Below are positions 9,283-19,514 of a DNA stretch of 64,000 nucleotides, in pieces. The notes below the pieces were generated by a model that made no database searches, was not told where the DNA came from, and saw nothing but the letters and a program-made list of their open reading frames with translations. The stretch spans positions 3,281 to 67,280 of IMG/VR virus record IMGVR_UViG_3300037067_011362. One strand, written 5' to 3'. Numbering within the stretch: the stretch's first letter is position 1; each line of letters opens with the position of its first letter. This DNA is from a virus (lineage: Duplodnaviria > Caudoviricetes). Made by a program: the position numbers and the translations under genes.

Positions 9283-11730
9283 ATGACCGATGAATCCTGG
9301 CTCACTACCGCTCTAGCGGCGACTGAGGACGACGTCACAATAGCATCCGGAAGCATCGCAGGAGACCTTCCCACTTCGGAGGCTCCTTCGATAACCCCGT
9401 CGCCATTGGATCCTACCTGGATTGATGATCTGCAGGGCCCAAGGATTGTTCTGGGAGGCGCCGAGATATCCCCGAGAACCGCCAAGATCGAATACCTTGG
9501 AGCGGTAGGGGTCGAGTTCAACGCGGCCAGTAACCGGCAGGAATACACTTTCCTTGGAGGCACCGGAGGAACCGGTGATGTGTCTCCGTCTGATGCTGTT
9601 CCGGCGAGCTGCACGGCCGCTAACGGGGTAGCAGGAACCTCCGCGGACTACTCGAGACATGGACACGCTCATAAGGTAACAGTCGGATCACCGGTTGCGA
9701 TCGGAGGCGACAGCAACCTTGACGGGTCAAGTAATTCGCTGTCCCGGACAGATCATATCCACAAGATCAACGACAACGGGATAGCGCTAAAGAAGCTTCA
9801 CGGTGGCGGCGCTAGCGATGGGCAGGTGCTGCGGTACAACTCTACCACCGGGTTCTACGCGCCATCAGCAGACGGCTCGTTCGGTTTAGTTGAAGGCACC
9901 GGCATCAGCATCACATGGAACGAAGACGACACGGTTGCCACGATCGCGTGCACCCTGTCCTTCACTCACGGCAACCTCGGAGGTGGCTCGCTTCATGCTG
10001 TAGCCACCACATCCGCCGCGGGTTTCGAGTCTGCCGCTGACAAAACGATAGTAGACTCCGCCCTCACAGGTCTCACGTCAACCGGTGGGACCGTCGCCAT
10101 AACCGGCACGGGGCACTCGAGAAATATAGAGGCGGCCGCTGCTTACTCCAACATCGTCCGCTACTCATCAGTGGACGCCATCGTGTACTCGATGACGATC
10201 AACTCTCCGGGAACACCCGTTCGAGGGTTAAGTGCTGGCACGTCGCGTATCTGGTACCAAGCAGGATCCCCGCACGACGGAATCTACATTTGGAACGGCC
10301 CTACCACTCCCGCTACTCGCGCTACCGATATGCCAGCGAGTGCTGTTCTGGACCTGACCAAAACCCACCTGATACCGGTGATCAAATCGCAGGAGAGCGG
10401 TTCCGAATCATCGATGGTCTTCACGACGGCACGAACCGGAACGGTGACGGTTGGGTCCAGTAACACGAGCTGGTCGATCGTTGGCCAGGATTCGAACGGA
10501 CACAACACGATCTGGCATCCACCATGCGTGTGCGCTTCGACTCGAGACGTACCCGACCTGGACGATTTCGAGAACGACGGTTCGGTCTTCGATGGTCTCA
10601 TTGTGAGTAACGGGATGCGAGTGCTCCTGGCCAAGCAGACCACGGACGCCACCACTCGGGGGATCTACGAGGTGGCCTATGCCGAACCTCTGTGGGGACT
10701 GACGCGCGCAAGCGACATGATCACCGGGTGCGTTCTGGGCTCTCGCGCCTACCACCGCGTAGACGCAACGCTGGGGAATCTCTGGGGAGGCCCGACACAG
10801 TGGGCAATCCAGGGCCCTGGTGTTGTCGGCACGGATGTGTTTGCTTTGACGAATCTGGACGGGAGGGACGTGGTTGACGTCACGGTTGCGGCAAGCGCTG
10901 GCGTAACCACTCTATTCTCTGCTGGCCTAAGCGAATACGATCCTCTCGACGAAGCCGTCTCCTTTGACATCGTTGGTACGTGCGCATACGTCAAGGAATC
11001 GTACGAAACCTACCAAGAGACGGTGGCGCTAGCATTCACTGCTTACGCGCTGTTGCCATTTGAGGTCGCTCCGTACACGGACGATAGTGGGGCGCTGTGG
11101 ACGATGCGTATAATCGGTGGAGCTACGTCGTGTGGAATCGCTCGCGATTCTGGCCATAAACAAGGTAGCTGGAGCTGGAGATTGTGGTCCGCTTCTCAAT
11201 ACTTTAACGGCAGCGGGTTCGGCTCCCGGGCGATCGATGCCGGGTACCGATACAGACTGCGTGGATGGTACAAAACATATGGTGATGGGACCGCTGGAGT
11301 GTACATCGGATCAGAGTTGTACCTGGGGACAGCGGTCCTAGATCTTCCGGCTGCTTCCGACTGGACCGCGTTTGACATCTCGTTCTCTATTGCAGACGGA
11401 GAGACAGTAAATAGATATCTTCAGTTTTTGACGAGCAATGGTTCATTGTATCTAGACGGACTACAGCTGGACAGGGCACCGTTTTACGTAGCCCCCGATC
11501 CACGTGTCGAGTTCGACATTGGCAAATCGGCAGAGGTGTCTCGGTGGTTCAACAGCTACGACCCCAACATGCTCACAGTCAACACGGCAGACGGAACGAT
11601 TTCGGCGCCGGCGTGCGGATGGGATCGTGATTATCGGCTGCGCATAGGCTGTTCGAAATACACCCGCCTGGCAGTTCCTGACATCAACGTAGTCGAACCA
11701 GACGACGAACAACCGTGGGCATACGCATGA
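9283..11730 (+). CDS. Tail fibre protein with C-terminal carbohydrate-binding-like domain
   Basis: Gly/Ser/Thr-rich, with fibre knob motifs (SRHGHAH, SRTDHIH) and a GMRVLLAKQT...RGIYEV fibre segment. C-terminus GYRYRLRGWYKT...WTAFDISF...LYLDGLQL resembles a CBM4/9 jelly roll. Confidence 0.75.
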   Translation: MTDESWLTTALAATEDDVTIASGSIAGDLPTSEAPSITPSPLDPTWIDDLQGPRIVLGGAEISPRTAKIEYLGAVGVEFNAASNRQEYTFLGGTGGTGDVSPSDAVPASCTAANGVAGTSADYSRHGHAHKVTVGSPVAIGGDSNLDGSSNSLSRTDHIHKINDNGIALKKLHGGGASDGQVLRYNSTTGFYAPSADGSFGLVEGTGISITWNEDDTVATIACTLSFTHGNLGGGSLHAVATTSAAGFESAADKTIVDSALTGLTSTGGTVAITGTGHSRNIEAAAAYSNIVRYSSVDAIVYSMTINSPGTPVRGLSAGTSRIWYQAGSPHDGIYIWNGPTTPATRATDMPASAVLDLTKTHLIPVIKSQESGSESSMVFTTARTGTVTVGSSNTSWSIVGQDSNGHNTIWHPPCVCASTRDVPDLDDFENDGSVFDGLIVSNGMRVLLAKQTTDATTRGIYEVAYAEPLWGLTRASDMITGCVLGSRAYHRVDATLGNLWGGPTQWAIQGPGVVGTDVFALTNLDGRDVVDVTVAASAGVTTLFSAGLSEYDPLDEAVSFDIVGTCAYVKESYETYQETVALAFTAYALLPFEVAPYTDDSGALWTMRIIGGATSCGIARDSGHKQGSWSWRLWSASQYFNGSGFGSRAIDAGYRYRLRGWYKTYGDGTAGVYIGSELYLGTAVLDLPAASDWTAFDISFSIADGETVNRYLQFLTSNGSLYLDGLQLDRAPFYVAPDPRVEFDIGKSAEVSRWFNSYDPNMLTVNTADGTISAPACGWDRDYRLRIGCSKYTRLAVPDINVVEPDDEQPWAYA

Positions 11731-12491
11731 CCAAGATCGTAATGCTTTGCAGTCCCGAGAACACTCCAATCATGCGCGTTTCTCTGCCAATGATGCTCGC
11801 TGCGGGAGCGATCCCGGCCGTGCATTGCTGCGGAGATGACACGGACATCGAGGTAAAGGAGCTTGGGGCGAAGACCAGGAAGCTCCCATACGCCAAGGGC
11901 GGGCACTACGGAACCCCGGAGTTTCTAGATTTCATTGGGCGCAAGTTCGACGTGATCTTGGAGGAGCTCGAAAGGGACGATGTGCTCTTCCTAGACACCG
12001 ACGTCCTGATGTTCGGCAATCCGCTCGACACCATCGACACGGACTGTGACATCTTCGCGCAAGACGATTGGGCGCTGAACACCTCTCCGCGCGGCCCACA
12101 AATCTGCACTGGGTGCTGGTGGATTCGATCGTGCGACGAAACCAAGGCGCTTCTCCGCGCTGCCCAAACCCACATGGCGGAGAAGCGCGGGACCACTGAG
12201 TACTGGTGCGACGAAAGCGCAATCAATCACCTTGTCGGATCTTCATCGGTGCGCGTCAAGTTTGCGGACCGCGACGCGTGGCAGAACGGCACCCGCTGGG
12301 AGGACTCGGACAAGACCGGGTGTCCACAGTTGCTGCACGCCAATGGTGTTGGGCGCTTTACCGTCGAGGATAAGCTCAAATTCATGGGCGAAGCTCTAGC
12401 CCTCCTGTCTCCCTCCGATTCGCTGCCGCGCAACCCTCACGCGCCGGCTGAGTCGGCGCCTATCTCTGAATGTGAAAGGACCGCGATATGA
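11727..12491 (+). CDS. Nucleotide-diphospho-sugar transferase (GT-A fold, GT77-like)
   Basis: VLFLDTDVLMFGNP DxD motif, DIFAQDD, CTGCWWIRS, DESAINHLV, LLHAN. Confidence 0.8.
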   Translation: MTKIVMLCSPENTPIMRVSLPMMLAAGAIPAVHCCGDDTDIEVKELGAKTRKLPYAKGGHYGTPEFLDFIGRKFDVILEELERDDVLFLDTDVLMFGNPLDTIDTDCDIFAQDDWALNTSPRGPQICTGCWWIRSCDETKALLRAAQTHMAEKRGTTEYWCDESAINHLVGSSSVRVKFADRDAWQNGTRWEDSDKTGCPQLLHANGVGRFTVEDKLKFMGEALALLSPSDSLPRNPHAPAESAPISECERTAI

Positions 12492-13120
12492 CTCAAATCG
12501 AAAACGCTCTCAAGTACTTCGTTGCCAACTACGAGATTTTGATCGCCATCTGGCAGGGATTGTTCATCGCGCTGTCGACACTCTGTGCGCTTGTCGGATG
12601 GACCAGGGCAAGCAAGGTTTTCGGGACGTTCGCGGCCGTGGATGGTGGCCGACTGGTGCGGTACGCCCGTCGGGCCCTGGTCATCCGCAAGGCCCTGTCC
12701 GGTTTGCTACTGGTGGGCCTCGTCGTGGCCTGCTCCGGAGCTCACCCTCAGATGTCCCAGGTGTGCCCCATTCCATCGGGCTGGGTCCGTGCCCTGCCTA
12801 CCCCTGCCGAGGTCGCCAACGCGGCGGACAAGGGCAAGACGGTGGTGCAGCAGGTCGAGGCCGTCACGGAGGACCCGACGGTTTCTGGCCTGGTCGTGGT
12901 TGCTGGCACCGTCCTGGACGCGCTCGACTCCGTGGCCCCCATCTGCACGGAGCTTGCATCGGCCCCGTGCGACGATACCATTGCCCAGTCCCGCGAGATT
13001 CTGGCCTCGGGCGAGGCTCGGCGAAAGGAGGTCTGCCAGGTGGTTGCTCTGCTTGTCGCGGTCGTGCCAGTTGAGCGTGTGACGGCGGAGCTCGTGGCGG
13101 CGCAGGAGATGTGCCGGTGA
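12488..13120 (+). CDS. Membrane protein of lysis cassette (holin/spanin-like)
   Basis: N-terminal TM helix and an internal hydrophobic stretch ending LVVAC; directly upstream of the endolysin. Confidence 0.5.
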   Translation: MTQIENALKYFVANYEILIAIWQGLFIALSTLCALVGWTRASKVFGTFAAVDGGRLVRYARRALVIRKALSGLLLVGLVVACSGAHPQMSQVCPIPSGWVRALPTPAEVANAADKGKTVVQQVEAVTEDPTVSGLVVVAGTVLDALDSVAPICTELASAPCDDTIAQSREILASGEARRKEVCQVVALLVAVVPVERVTAELVAAQEMCR

Positions 13121-13830
13121 CCATGCAGGCCGCCTACGTTCCGCCGAGGCGCACCCCGCTGTCGTTTGACGCGGCATCCGAGGTGCTTGGATACGCCCTC
13201 CAGCGACAGCTTGATCGCAAACCGTCTGACGAAGTGCTCGCGCTGGCGCTTGCCAAGACCAGCCTTGAGACTGGGCGCTACCTGAGCATCTGGAATGAAG
13301 GTTTCGGCAACGTCAAGTCTGGCCCTGACTATCGTGGGATGTTCACCTGCATCACGCTCAACGAGGTGCTAGTGCGCAGCGGCAAGAAGGTTCTGGTTTG
13401 GTTTGCGCCAGAGGGTGAACTGTCAGCGGCTCCCTCGAAGGGCGGCAAGCTGATCGGGTCTCCGATTGCGGTGCCCGACGGCCACCCACAGACCAGGATG
13501 CGCGCTTATGCCAATGAGTTTGACGGCGCCATCAGCTACGTCGAATTTGTGGCCGGTGGACGATACAAGGCTGCATGGGCAAAGCTGCTTGAGGGCGACC
13601 CGGCTGGTTACGTCCACGCACTGAAAGTTGCCGGCTACTTCACTGCAGACGAAGCCCTCTACCGCAAGGGAGTGGTGTCTCTCTACAATGAGGCGCTCGC
13701 CAAGTTGCGCAAGCTAGAACCGCCTCCGAAGGTAGACATCGAGTGGGAGCGCCTAAAGCTCGCAGTGCCATCTCTCCAGTTCGACGTCGACCATCTCCTG
13801 GACGGAGACTTTGAGGAGGCCGTGGCATGA
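13117..13830 (+). CDS. Endolysin (glucosaminidase/lysozyme-like)
   Basis: LETG...WNEGFGNVK, RMRAY and LKVAGYFTADEALY resemble the GH73 GYATD motif. Confidence 0.75.
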   Translation: MTMQAAYVPPRRTPLSFDAASEVLGYALQRQLDRKPSDEVLALALAKTSLETGRYLSIWNEGFGNVKSGPDYRGMFTCITLNEVLVRSGKKVLVWFAPEGELSAAPSKGGKLIGSPIAVPDGHPQTRMRAYANEFDGAISYVEFVAGGRYKAAWAKLLEGDPAGYVHALKVAGYFTADEALYRKGVVSLYNEALAKLRKLEPPPKVDIEWERLKLAVPSLQFDVDHLLDGDFEEAVA

Positions 13831-14168
13831 ACGCGAACATCTTGGCCTCTTCAGATCCCGCCACAGTTTCCCAAGTCATCCACTATGCGGTCATGATCGT
13901 AGGAGGGATGCTCGCTCTGATACTCACGATGATGGGGTCGTTATGGTCACAGAACAAGAAGCAAAACGATACGGTGCTGGCCCATCTGCAGAAGCAGGCC
14001 GACGCGATAGCCGCCAATCTGGATTCGTGCAGAGCCAAAGACGACGCCTCACACAAGGACTTCTATGTGTCGATTGAAGCGCTCAGGGATACGATATCAC
14101 GGGCCAAGGGTAGGCAGTCTGTACTCGAGGTGCGAGTCGGCCACCTCGAAGAAAAGTTGGAGTCCTGA
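13827..14168 (+). CDS. Single-TM coiled-coil protein (holin-like)
   Basis: One TM segment followed by a coiled coil; overlaps the endolysin stop. Confidence 0.5.
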   Translation: MNANILASSDPATVSQVIHYAVMIVGGMLALILTMMGSLWSQNKKQNDTVLAHLQKQADAIAANLDSCRAKDDASHKDFYVSIEALRDTISRAKGRQSVLEVRVGHLEEKLES

Positions 14169-14395
14169 TGTTCATTGAGCATTCCCAGCCGCCCGAACAC
14201 GACACCGATCGCGCGCCACCACCTCTTCACGTGCCGATGCCGTACGATCTGCTCGCCACGATCGAAGTGCTGAAGGAGCGCGAGGCTGAATTACACGCCG
14301 AGAAACGGATGCTAGTCATCGACCGCGACGAGTGGCAGGCGAAAGCATCAATGTTGGAGAGCGAGATCAACACGCTGAAGGCGGAGCGGCGCTAA
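14168..14395 (+). CDS. Small coiled-coil hypothetical protein
   Basis: Coupled to neighbours on both sides. Confidence 0.45.
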   Translation: MFIEHSQPPEHDTDRAPPPLHVPMPYDLLATIEVLKEREAELHAEKRMLVIDRDEWQAKASMLESEINTLKAERR

Positions 14396-16077
14396 TGGCA
14401 TTCCCTGGCGACAGACTTCGACAGAAGGAGATCAACATTGCCGCGGCCGCTATCCCGGGCTCGCTGAACTATGATTTTTTGTGGACACTGACGGAGGCTG
14501 ATTTCGCCGAGGATGACCTCACGCTGGGCGGTGAATTTGCGATCGACATCCAGGCCCTAGCCGCGTCTAAAGAGAGTCTCGGGCAGTTCCGATACGCGCT
14601 TGATGCTATTCGTGTCGAGCTCAATGCCGACTACACACTGAGCAAGGTCGAGATTGTTGTCCGTATTCCGGCTGGCGAAATCACCACACTGGACGGTGCG
14701 ACAACATGGCTCTGGTGGCTCTCGGATACCGACACCTTGCCAGCGGACGACGAAGACTACGGCAAGTTTGACGTCTATAATCCCATCACGGATTCGACGG
14801 GGAACAGCGTGCCGCTCACGACGAGAGCCGCCATTTCATTTGACGAGGCGCCCACTGACGCGTCGCCGCCATTCAAGGACCGATCCGGGAGCGCTCAGCA
14901 TTGCGCTCCGATATCTACTGCGGGACTATCGCGCGTAGATCGGATACCGGGTAGGGGGCTTTCCGGGGCTAGCCAGGGGCTGAAAACCGCAGCGGCGTTC
15001 GCGCCCGGGCTGGGGGAGTTCGCCGTAATCGAGTGCCTGCTGAATCCAGGGGCTAGCACCACGGAGTTTTTCTTCGCCAGTGATTATTGGAATATCGCTC
15101 TAAACACGACGCAGACCCGCTTTTTGTTCCGGTCCGGAGTTGGAGGGGGGGCCAACGTGTCGACCACTAGCTCGGCCGTGCGGGTCGCGGCTATGTCCCG
15201 CAGCGGCGACGCGGCCCTTGTGATGTCTGACGAGTCCGCGCTGTCGGTTACTGGGCTATCTGCGTTATCCTACACCACCACGACAGGAGCCGAGCTAGTG
15301 CGCGCGGGATCCCCGAATAGCAACATTTCGTTAGCGTATCTACTCTATTCCGCGCCAAACCAGGCCTGGCTAACCATATTCTCGCGCGTCATCAGTCACA
15401 CGTCGGGGACGATCGTATCGCACGCGTCGAATGCGGTCGGCATCACCGGCGTGTGGACGGAGGTGGTTTTCGCGGGTCTGCAAGAGGGGACCGAAGCGCG
15501 CATTTTCGAGACTCCACACGCGGCCATCTGGGAGCTCGACCTAGACGGGGCCGCGTCCGCGGACATCGGCGCGGACTATGTGGATTTCGATGTAGTGACG
15601 AGCACGACTACCGACCGGCATTACATTTGGTGGACGACAGACCCAGCGCTAGCCGGCGCCACTGGCCATCAGGTAACACGTAGCGGTGGAGAGACCGACG
15701 CGCAGCTGGCCGCGCTCGCATCCGCAGTGATTGACGGGATAGCAGACGTGTCTGCCACGGTATCCGGTGCGGTCATCACGGTCACTAATGCGCTCAACGG
15801 CCTAACAACTAAGCCTGTCTATCACGGTCTCGAAGGCCTTGTGAGCGTCACCCAGATCGGAGGCACGTCTTCCGACGAGATCGATGGGATTGAGTCATCC
15901 ACTGGAACCAGTTGGGCGGCTACGGTGCTTGTCGATTCACCGCGACTGGCGATGATTACGATGCTGTCGATTGCGTTCGAGCGCGTTCGATTCTCCACGA
16001 CTCTCACCCAGAACGGCGGGGTGATTCCCGCATCCGCGCTACAGAGAGAAGATGTGAACTATGCCAACCCTACCTGA
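14395..16077 (+). CDS. Virion-associated protein (DUF2341/LamG-like N-terminal region)
   Basis: QFRYALD...ELN...VEIVVRIP...TTWLWW and FDEAP...PFKDRSGSAQH patterns; ends NYANPT. Confidence 0.55.
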   Translation: MAFPGDRLRQKEINIAAAAIPGSLNYDFLWTLTEADFAEDDLTLGGEFAIDIQALAASKESLGQFRYALDAIRVELNADYTLSKVEIVVRIPAGEITTLDGATTWLWWLSDTDTLPADDEDYGKFDVYNPITDSTGNSVPLTTRAAISFDEAPTDASPPFKDRSGSAQHCAPISTAGLSRVDRIPGRGLSGASQGLKTAAAFAPGLGEFAVIECLLNPGASTTEFFFASDYWNIALNTTQTRFLFRSGVGGGANVSTTSSAVRVAAMSRSGDAALVMSDESALSVTGLSALSYTTTTGAELVRAGSPNSNISLAYLLYSAPNQAWLTIFSRVISHTSGTIVSHASNAVGITGVWTEVVFAGLQEGTEARIFETPHAAIWELDLDGAASADIGADYVDFDVVTSTTTDRHYIWWTTDPALAGATGHQVTRSGGETDAQLAALASAVIDGIADVSATVSGAVITVTNALNGLTTKPVYHGLEGLVSVTQIGGTSSDEIDGIESSTGTSWAATVLVDSPRLAMITMLSIAFERVRFSTTLTQNGGVIPASALQREDVNYANPT

Positions 16078-16468
16078 CCTATTTAAGGTGCCACGGGCGG
16101 AGATCCGCTACGTGCTCATTTGCCTGAAAAACGGGACTAAACTGGTGAAGCCAGAGCACCAGGAGCTTCGGCCAGTCGTCGAAGCTTTCATGGCCGAGAA
16201 CGGCGTAACCATCTCAGATTTCCACGACAGGTGGGACATCGGAATTGATACGATCGACACCATGCACATGAGGACCGAGTCGTGGTGGCTCTGGGGAATC
16301 AGTCACATGACGGTGGTGCCGAGACCCGCTGGTTCCGCAAATGTCGTGGCAGGATTCGATCGGATCTTTGCCGCGGGCTTCGGAGTGAAGGGGAGGAAAA
16401 CACCATTTACTCGCGATGACTACAAGCGCATCCTTGAAGGTGCCGCCACTCGAAAGGGCTGGGTCTAA
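16061..16468 (+). CDS. Hypothetical protein
   Basis: 135 aa, coupled within the operon. Confidence 0.55.
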   Translation: MPTLPDLFKVPRAEIRYVLICLKNGTKLVKPEHQELRPVVEAFMAENGVTISDFHDRWDIGIDTIDTMHMRTESWWLWGISHMTVVPRPAGSANVVAGFDRIFAAGFGVKGRKTPFTRDDYKRILEGAATRKGWV

Positions 16469-17817
16469 TGGCCACCGTACGCACCGATCCGGATTCCTTC
16501 ACCGAAGGCGTCGAGATCACAACCAACACGACGACGCGCCGCTACAGTTTCAACGACGCCGGCAATTTGCTGAACGCAAAACTTACCGGGCAGGCCCTCT
16601 ACTCGTGGGAAAAGGAGCAATGGATCTCGGTTCCGGGACGCGCCGTGTTCCCGTGGGGGGCCGAGATGATCCACCCCGAGCAGATGCGATTTGTATCTGA
16701 CTGGGAGCCAATCAACGATGCGAGCCGAAAGAAACTCGCTACCGTCGGTTGGGAGGAGCTCAACGAAACGGGCGCGGTCAAACGCCGATATTGTGGAGTT
16801 GTTTCGACGCCTCCGGCTGGTGTCGGCGCCACTTACCAACCGTACTACGCGCAAGGCTCCGGGGCTCCAGTGGACTTTGCATGGCCGGGTCCGGTAAATG
16901 AAGCGATCCAGACTTTCGGCGACGTGGATAACGGCAACTTCGACCGGCGCACGGACGACATCGTGGTGCGTTGCCGGGAGGACCAGAAGACATACCCGGT
17001 TGGATCGGTGTTTGAGGCATACACTCTCGAATCGCTGGGCACTGGATCGTATCGTGTCGGCATCACAGTATCGTCCAATACCAAGGCGTCGGTCGCATCG
17101 ACCGGGATCGACGCAAACTCCGACGGAACAGCTGATGTTGATCCGTACGACGGAATGGTATTCACATCGAACACGGTTCCCGCGGCCATCGCGATGGCGG
17201 GCGGGACGTACAATTATACCTACACGATCAACTGTAACGGCGGGACGATCCAGCAGGGCGCCGAGTATTGGTGGTGGCTGCAACAGAAAGACGCCGATAT
17301 CGACGAGCATGCCACGAACACGCTCAACGGAAAGACGTCTGAGACCGGTGTGTACTATGTAGGAGACCGTCTCTACACGACGCTACTAGCCACGGGCAAG
17401 GGACTTGCCTTCATCAACTTCGCCGCGGTCGGAATCAACTACGTCACATTTACCGACGACACTGGAGCAGAGCGCACCTACAGCTACACCGCAGCCGGGA
17501 CAATCGAGGTACCGGAAGCGGCACAAGGCGATGCAACCGCCATGTATTACCTCTACCCAACCTCGGGATGGGGCACCGCCGCCGCGCTAGTCAATGACGC
17601 CAGCGGCACACCAATCACTGGACTTGTCGACGGGAGAGCATCGATCAGCTTCACGTATGATTGTACCGCAGGAGGAGACCTACCGGTTACGTGCGTGGTT
17701 CTCGGAACGTCCGGGTGTACCAGCAATCGCGACCACGACGCTGGTGGCCAGCGAGTCCAACAAGATTGTGTTGGCAAATGCTCCGGATCCAAACTACGTA
17801 AACCCGGCCTAAAATGA
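16468..17817 (+). CDS. Virion-associated beta-rich protein; probable +1 frameshift near 17713
   Basis: N-terminal QALYSWEKEQW motif. The +1 frame gives a C-terminus ending NYVNPA, matching NYANPT of 14395..16077. Confidence 0.65.
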   Translation: MATVRTDPDSFTEGVEITTNTTTRRYSFNDAGNLLNAKLTGQALYSWEKEQWISVPGRAVFPWGAEMIHPEQMRFVSDWEPINDASRKKLATVGWEELNETGAVKRRYCGVVSTPPAGVGATYQPYYAQGSGAPVDFAWPGPVNEAIQTFGDVDNGNFDRRTDDIVVRCREDQKTYPVGSVFEAYTLESLGTGSYRVGITVSSNTKASVASTGIDANSDGTADVDPYDGMVFTSNTVPAAIAMAGGTYNYTYTINCNGGTIQQGAEYWWWLQQKDADIDEHATNTLNGKTSETGVYYVGDRLYTTLLATGKGLAFINFAAVGINYVTFTDDTGAERTYSYTAAGTIEVPEAAQGDATAMYYLYPTSGWGTAAALVNDASGTPITGLVDGRASISFTYDCTAGGDLPVTCVVLGTSGCTSNRDHDAGGQRVQQDCVGKCSGSKLRKPGLK

Positions 17818-18383
17818 GCGCACGGAATCGCGTCCAACGGATCGCCGAGAAGGCAGAGGAGAAGCTCAAGGCGTCCGCCCCTCTGCTATTGAGCATCGTA
17901 CGCCGCCGTTTTTTGCTCGTCGGCGTGGATCCGGACGAGTCGTTGCGTGAGCGGGTGGCCCTGGCCAAAGCGTGGACGATACTCGAGAGGGTCGCCAAGT
18001 CAGCGTTAGCAAAGGCCGTCTCTGATGTATTGGACACGGAAGGGCGACGCGCGGAGCTTACGGCGGAGATCGCAACGGAGGAACGAGCCGCGGCCATTGC
18101 TGCAATTGATGCAGCACAAACCGTGGCACTTGCCGCGGTGGTAGCCATGGGGTTGAGCGCTGCCCGCGTGGCTACCCTGACCGCAATTCTTAAGGCGTTT
18201 CGTGATTCGTCAGTGGACGCTGCGCGAGCGACCGCGAACGGCTGCGACAATCGATCATCTCGCAAGGTTTTGAACCGGGCACAGGCCGAAATTGAGAAGC
18301 GCGCCGACGAGATAATCAACCGATTGCGCGACGACGAGAAAGCCATCGCGAGAGAGGTGGAGCGCCTTGGCATACGCATTTGA
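17814..18383 (+). CDS. Ala-rich helical hypothetical protein
   Basis: 189 aa, overlaps both neighbours. Confidence 0.55.
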   Translation: MSARNRVQRIAEKAEEKLKASAPLLLSIVRRRFLLVGVDPDESLRERVALAKAWTILERVAKSALAKAVSDVLDTEGRRAELTAEIATEERAAAIAAIDAAQTVALAAVVAMGLSAARVATLTAILKAFRDSSVDAARATANGCDNRSSRKVLNRAQAEIEKRADEIINRLRDDEKAIAREVERLGIRI

Positions 18384-19053
18384 CGGAGAAGCGAAGACAA
18401 TCACGCTTTCCGCAGGCACCACCACGCTTGTGGTGAAGGACTGCTACTCTCGATCAAAAGACTGGCTGCTTACCCACGCGTGGTCGACGTTCCCTCTTCT
18501 CGCAACAGGCGGAAACACCATCAGGGCGGGGCTCTTTGCCGGAGACTACTACTACCTGCAGCCCGGGTGGATCATTGTCCCTCAGGACGCCGACCATATC
18601 CTAGACGTCGTGGGAAATCTGTTGCCCGCGGTTTTGGACGCGCCATTGTTCTCCTTGAGATCTGGCAGGACGATCCAGATACCTTCGACGATTTCGTCAC
18701 TCACGCAAACCGTATCCGTCGGCTCCGGAGTGCTGCCTGCCGACATCACGGCAACGGCTGCCGCTACCCGGGATCTCATTCTGAGTGACGGAGTACCTTT
18801 CCCTGGTGCCCGCATCGACGCAACCATTAGCTCGGTGGGGGGCGGCTACGGTGGCCTAACCGTAGAGCAAGCGGCGTCCCTCGCTCAAGTGCAAGCCCGC
18901 GTGGCTGAGGTGTGGCAGATGCTCTGGCTCGACCCGGCGAATCCCGTTACGGCCACCGAGGTATCAGCCGCCGAAACCACGATCGCGTTCGGCGACGTCT
19001 CGATAACGATCAGCAAATCCGGAGCCGTCACCACAATGACGAGGCAGCCGTGA
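18367..19053 (+). CDS. Virion-associated protein related to 16468 gene
   Basis: FDGEAKTITL...CYSRSKDW N-terminus parallels LYSWEKEQW. Confidence 0.6.
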   Translation: MAYAFDGEAKTITLSAGTTTLVVKDCYSRSKDWLLTHAWSTFPLLATGGNTIRAGLFAGDYYYLQPGWIIVPQDADHILDVVGNLLPAVLDAPLFSLRSGRTIQIPSTISSLTQTVSVGSGVLPADITATAAATRDLILSDGVPFPGARIDATISSVGGGYGGLTVEQAASLAQVQARVAEVWQMLWLDPANPVTATEVSAAETTIAFGDVSITISKSGAVTTMTRQP

Positions 19054-19514
19054 CGATGAGCTCCGCCGCGATCGCCTACCGAGGCTACGGCTTCGGGGAC
19101 CTAGCGATTGCGACGCGCGGATTCTTCGGCGTCGAAGTCGCGAACCAAGTCTGGTACCCTCCAACCCTCACGAACACCCCGGCCTCGCCCGGCTCATGCT
19201 GGGCGTCGGCAGTAGTATCACAGAGCGTCTCCGACCCGTACCAGGCTGGACTGTCCGCTCTGGCCTATCTGTCGCCCAGAGGCGAGGTTTTGGGACCTGT
19301 CGCGATATCCGTCGGATCTCTGTCCGCGGAGCCCTTAGAGTGGCAGGCCTGGCCCGTGACGGCGGCCCAGCTCGGGTCCCTCACCGTGTCCCCCATCCGT
19401 ACCCTGCCGGCGGAGCTCTTCCCGTCTCTGACCATTGTCCGAGTCGAGCGGCAGCAATTCGAGACGTCGGTAACTCCTTCCAATCTCGGCACTCTCACCT
19501 TAGGCGCACCATGA
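19050..19514 (+). CDS. Hypothetical protein
   Basis: GTGA and ATGA-type overlaps with neighbours. Confidence 0.5.
   Translation: MTMSSAAIAYRGYGFGDLAIATRGFFGVEVANQVWYPPTLTNTPASPGSCWASAVVSQSVSDPYQAGLSALAYLSPRGEVLGPVAISVGSLSAEPLEWQAWPVTAAQLGSLTVSPIRTLPAELFPSLTIVRVERQQFETSVTPSNLGTLTLGAP

Noticed and set aside
1-11730. Tailocin / eCIS / T6SS locus
   Set aside because: Terminase, portal, protease and capsid genes in the same window show it is a complete phage.
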